NCBI GenBank assembly: GCA_039589995.1
Contig: JBDHGH010000002.1
Location: 1,014-65,013, forward strand
Reading direction: 5' to 3'
Source: Gemmatimonadota bacterium
GTDB lineage: Bacteria; Gemmatimonadota; Gemmatimonadetes; Palauibacterales; KS3-K002
Length of the DNA stretch: 64,000 nt
The notes under the pieces were generated by a model. It was not told the origin of the DNA. It searched no databases and was given only the letters and a program-made list of their open reading frames with translations. This document shows, one piece after another, positions 60,478 through 64,000 of the stretch. Made by a program: the position numbers and the translations under genes. Numbering within the stretch: the first letter of the stretch is position 1; each line of letters opens with the position of its first letter.

Positions 60478-63336
60478 ATGCAGAAGCAACTGGGGCAGTC
60501 CCGGTCGGGGGTTAGAACCTCGAGCGCGGGATCCCCGATCGCGCACGCGTCTTTGGCGAGCGCGATCGCGGCAACGGTCCTAGCTCTCGCGGCTTCACTG
60601 GTACCTGCTACCGCCCGCGCCCAGGGGAACGACACGTGCCTGATGTGCCACGAGCAGGAAGCCCTGTTCTCCGGCCAACAGGATCCGTCGAGATACGTAG
60701 TCACGCGCCAGCAACACGACGCCTCGCTGCATGGCCGGGCCGGTGTCCTTTGCACCCAGTGCCACGCTGGGTTGTCTTTCCCACACGGTGACGTAAGACC
60801 GGCTGCGGACTGTACCGCGTGCCACGATGACCAGTCGATCCAGCACGCGGCTTCCCTCCATGGCCAGGCGGCGGCTAATAACGATCCACTCGCCCCCAGC
60901 TGTGCCACGTGCCATGGCATCCATGATATCAAAGCCCACACTGATCCGACATCGCCGACCTATGTCTTCAATATCCCGCTGCTCTGCGGTGAATGTCACC
61001 ACGAGGGGACGCCCGTCTCACGCACGCGCAACATTCCACAGGATCAAATACTAGAGAACTACTCGCTATCGATTCATGGGGCAGGATTGTTCGAGCAGGG
61101 CTTGGCGGTGACGGCGGTCTGCACGTCGTGCCACACCTCTCATTTCATCCTTCCGCACACCGACGAGCGCTCCAGTATCTACAAGGACAACGTCCCGGGT
61201 ACGTGCACCCAGTGCCACGCGTTGATCGAGGAAGTGCATCGACAGGTCATTGAGGGAAGGCTGTGGGAAGAAGAGCCGCACAAGATACCCGTGTGCGTGG
61301 ATTGCCATTCGCCGCACAAGATCCGTCGTGTTTTCTACGATGCGGGTGCGGCGAATGCGGACTGCATGCGCTGTCACTCGGATCCGACCCTGACGATGGA
61401 ACGAGACGGGGAATCGATCTCGCTGTACGTAGATGAAGGGGAGTACGCCACATCGATGCACGGCGGAACCGGATGTGCCCAGTGTCACACCGATGTCACT
61501 CCTTCGCTACTGGAACGACCCTGCGTGACCACCGTGGCCACAAACGTGGACTGCGCGATATGTCACCCCGTGCCGGTAGACGATTACACATCCGGCACGC
61601 ATGGCAGGCTTTCCGCCCAAGGCGTTGCAGACGCTCCTACGTGTAGAGACTGCCACGACTCCCACGCCACGCAAGGACGCCTTACGCCGACGTCCCCGAC
61701 CTTCGCGAGAAACGTCCCCGACCTCTGTTCCCGCTGCCACCGCGACGGTGAGGTGGCGGCGCAGCGGATTCACCACGAAGGCCCGGATATCGTCAACAGC
61801 TACGAGATGTCGATTCACGGCACGGGGCTCATCGAGAGCGGACTCGTAGTAACCGCGGTTTGCTCTAGTTGCCACACGCCCCACAAGGAGCTCCCGCCGG
61901 ACGATCCCGAGTCTTCGATCAACGCGGACAACATCGCCGATACTTGCGGTAGCTGTCACCACGGAATCCAAGTAGCCTACGCGGCCAGCGTGCACGGGCA
62001 GCGCCAGGACGAGGCTCCCGAGGGCAAGGAGTTCCCGACCTGCGAGGAGTGTCACACGTCGCATTCGATCAGTCGCGTCGACCAGGGCGACTTCCGGATG
62101 ACGATGATGAATCAGTGCGGACGTTGCCACGAAGAGGAGTCGGAGAGCTTCTTCGACACGTTCCACGGAAAGGTCTCGCGGCTGGGCGACGCGGGAACGG
62201 CCAAGTGCTACGACTGTCACGGAACGCACAACATCCAGCCGATCACCGACCCCGAGTCAACTCTGAGCCGCAGAAACATCGTCGAGACGTGCGCGCAGTG
62301 CCACCCCGGAGCCAACCGGAAGTTCACGGGCTACCTGACCCACGCTACGCACCACGACGCGGAAAGGTACCCCTGGCTGTTTTGGACTTTCTGGGGCATG
62401 ACAGCGCTGCTGGTAAGCGTGCTCAGCTTCGCCACGATCCACACCCTGGCATGGCTGTTCAGACTGTGGCGCTCGCCAGGTGAGTGGACGCGCCACAAGG
62501 AAGTCGAAGGCGAGGCGCTCTATCGGCGCTTCACGACGTTCGAGCGAACGCTGCACCTCGCGATGCTGATCAGCTTCTTCGTGCTGGCCATAACCGGCAT
62601 GATACTGAAGTTCTCGTACATGGGTTGGGCCCAAGTTGCAGCCAGCCTGGCGGGTGGCTTCGCAACCACCGGCGTGCTGCACAGGCTGGGCGCTGTTGCG
62701 CTCATCACGGTCTTCGCGATCCACCTGTTCGATGTATTTCAGCGCAAACAGATGTCGAAGAAGAGCTGGCGCGCGTTCATCTTCTCCGATAGCTCCTTGA
62801 TGTTCAACCTGACCGACCTGCGCGAGTTCGCCGGGTCGATCAAGTGGTTCATCGGGAGAGGGCCGCGGCCGAAGTACGGACGCTTTACCTACTGGGAGAA
62901 GTTCGACTACTTCGCGGTCTTCTGGGGAATGTTCATCATCGGCTCGACCGGGCTCTTGCTCTGGTTCCCCGAGTTCTTCACGAACCTTCTGCCGGGATGG
63001 ACCGTGAACGTGGCCACGATACTCCACAGCGACGAGGCGTTGCTCGCCGTGGCCTTCATCTTCACGATTCACTTCTTCAACACGCACTTCCGGCCAGACA
63101 AGTTCCCGATGGACCCGGTGATTTTCACCGGACGCGTGCCGCTTGAAGAGCTGAAGCAAGACAAGCCCCGGGAGTACCAGCAGATCGTCGACGGGGGCAA
63201 GCTCGACGAGTACCTGGTACACCCCTATCCGAAGAAGCTACAGAGGCTGTTCAGAGCGTTCGGGTTCGCAGCGTTATTCGTGGGACTGACGTTGATCTTC
63301 CTGATACTCTGGACAATGCTGACTTCGTACTTGTAG
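60478..63336 (+). CDS. multihaem c-type cytochrome (19 CXXCH) fused to a C-terminal multi-His polytopic membrane domain (cytochrome b-like)
   Basis: Signal peptide, then 19 CXXCH motifs counted in the supplied translation. From about nt 62365 there are 5-6 hydrophobic helices with conserved His (TIHTL, TLHLAM, LHRLG, AIHLF, ILHSDEA, TIHFFNTH). Confidence 0.9.
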   Translation: MQKQLGQSRSGVRTSSAGSPIAHASLASAIAATVLALAASLVPATARAQGNDTCLMCHEQEALFSGQQDPSRYVVTRQQHDASLHGRAGVLCTQCHAGLSFPHGDVRPAADCTACHDDQSIQHAASLHGQAAANNDPLAPSCATCHGIHDIKAHTDPTSPTYVFNIPLLCGECHHEGTPVSRTRNIPQDQILENYSLSIHGAGLFEQGLAVTAVCTSCHTSHFILPHTDERSSIYKDNVPGTCTQCHALIEEVHRQVIEGRLWEEEPHKIPVCVDCHSPHKIRRVFYDAGAANADCMRCHSDPTLTMERDGESISLYVDEGEYATSMHGGTGCAQCHTDVTPSLLERPCVTTVATNVDCAICHPVPVDDYTSGTHGRLSAQGVADAPTCRDCHDSHATQGRLTPTSPTFARNVPDLCSRCHRDGEVAAQRIHHEGPDIVNSYEMSIHGTGLIESGLVVTAVCSSCHTPHKELPPDDPESSINADNIADTCGSCHHGIQVAYAASVHGQRQDEAPEGKEFPTCEECHTSHSISRVDQGDFRMTMMNQCGRCHEEESESFFDTFHGKVSRLGDAGTAKCYDCHGTHNIQPITDPESTLSRRNIVETCAQCHPGANRKFTGYLTHATHHDAERYPWLFWTFWGMTALLVSVLSFATIHTLAWLFRLWRSPGEWTRHKEVEGEALYRRFTTFERTLHLAMLISFFVLAITGMILKFSYMGWAQVAASLAGGFATTGVLHRLGAVALITVFAIHLFDVFQRKQMSKKSWRAFIFSDSSLMFNLTDLREFAGSIKWFIGRGPRPKYGRFTYWEKFDYFAVFWGMFIIGSTGLLLWFPEFFTNLLPGWTVNVATILHSDEALLAVAFIFTIHFFNTHFRPDKFPMDPVIFTGRVPLEELKQDKPREYQQIVDGGKLDEYLVHPYPKKLQRLFRAFGFAALFVGLTLIFLILWTMLTSYL

Positions 63337-63371
63337 AAGGCCGACCTAGCCATTCGGTGGGGACCCTCGAA

Positions 63372-64000
63372 CTACTCCGAGGTGAGGGCGTGGGCGACCA
63401 CCGCCTGGCCTAGCGACAGCCCACCATCATCAGGTGGAACCTGACGGTGCGTGAACACCTCGAACTCCACTGCCTTCAACCCGTCCACGAGACGCTGCGT
63501 GAGAAGAGCACTCTTGAAGCAGCCTCCGCTGAGAACCACACGATTCAGTCCGCGAACGTCGCGGATCTGCTCGCAGGTGGTCCGCGTAAATGCCGCCACG
63601 CTGTTATGGAAGGCAGCTGCGATGTACCGCACGGGTCGGCCAGCACGATATTCGCACCAGAGAGCGCGGAGTAGCGCTGCCGGATCGATGATCCAACCGT
63701 CCCCACGTCGGATGACATCGTAAGGATAGACCTCCCCGACTCGCGGATCGGCGATCGCCTCCAACTCCACTGCGGGTTGGCCTTCATATAGCGCCTCTCT
63801 GCACACACCGAGCATGGCCGCCGCCGCGTCGAAAAGTCGGCTGCAAGAAGATGTCAAAGGCGTTTTGTCTCCACCTTCGAGTTGACGCCGAAGCATGATG
63901 CGTTCGCCGATCGGCACCGTCGCCAGGTACGACTCGAATTCGGATTCGCTGGCTGCACACACCGACCAGACATAGGCGGCCGCCATTCGATACGGATGCA
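63372..64000 (-). CDS. hypF: [NiFe]-hydrogenase maturation carbamoyltransferase HypF, C-terminal part (gene continues past the window end)
   Basis: SSCSRLFDAAAAMLG, EGQPAVELE, AAAFHNSVA, VVLSGGCFKSALL, and HRQVPPDDGGLSLGQAVVA are canonical for the HypF Kae1-like C-terminal domain. The frame stays open upstream of the listed ATG to nt 64000. Confidence 0.9.
   Translation of the reverse strand, partial: HPYRMAAAYVWSVCAASESEFESYLATVPIGERIMLRRQLEGGDKTPLTSSCSRLFDAAAAMLGVCREALYEGQPAVELEAIADPRVGEVYPYDVIRRGDGWIIDPAALLRALWCEYRAGRPVRYIAAAFHNSVAAFTRTTCEQIRDVRGLNRVVLSGGCFKSALLTQRLVDGLKAVEFEVFTHRQVPPDDGGLSLGQAVVAHALTSE

Noticed and set aside
1-64000. Searched by eye for tRNA/rRNA genes, CRISPR repeat arrays, IS elements, integrases and prophage genes.
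   Set aside because: No regularly spaced direct repeats were seen. No transposase-, integrase- or phage-like translations appear in the ORF track. No spacer is long enough and structured like a tRNA or rRNA. The absence is not proven without tRNAscan/Infernal.

Overview
GC-rich bacterial chromosomal window, densely coded, about 60 protein genes. By eye I found no rRNA, tRNA, CRISPR array, transposase or integrase. The gene content suggests a member of the FCB-group/Gemmatimonadota-like lineages; this is inference, with no search run. The evidence is a PorX-like REC-PglZ regulator, a PorV-like porin, T9SS-type C-terminal sorting domains, a GWxTD protein and a DUF3108 protein. Housekeeping genes include recF (5' partial), kbl, rpe, serA-like, HU, an ArsR/P1B-ATPase pair, PspA, a sodium:solute symporter and hypF (3' partial). 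Five regions merit a second look. (1) A cysM - JAMM protease - cysO::moeZ::rhodanese operon (23.9-26.8 kb) has the sulfur-carrier domain fused in frame to its own E1. The junction looks like a lost stop codon. The operon sits behind a ~200-nt leader that ends in a perfect intrinsic terminator 16 nt before the cysM ATG. (2) A T9SS-associated surface-protein island (45.6-54.1 kb) carries cohesin-like and dockerin-like modules and one large frameshift-split gene. (3) A 952-aa protein carries 19 CXXCH motifs fused to a multi-His membrane (cytochrome b-like) domain, next to hypF. (4) Eight co-directional genes with overlapping or abutting boundaries run from a GWxTD/TPR protein through a PorX-like regulator to MsbA, an LpxL-like acyltransferase, GT2 and DUF3108. 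(5) A five-gene cluster of unknown function contains a HisF-like barrel whose catalytic Asp residues appear substituted. All family assignments come from reading the supplied translations, not from database searches.
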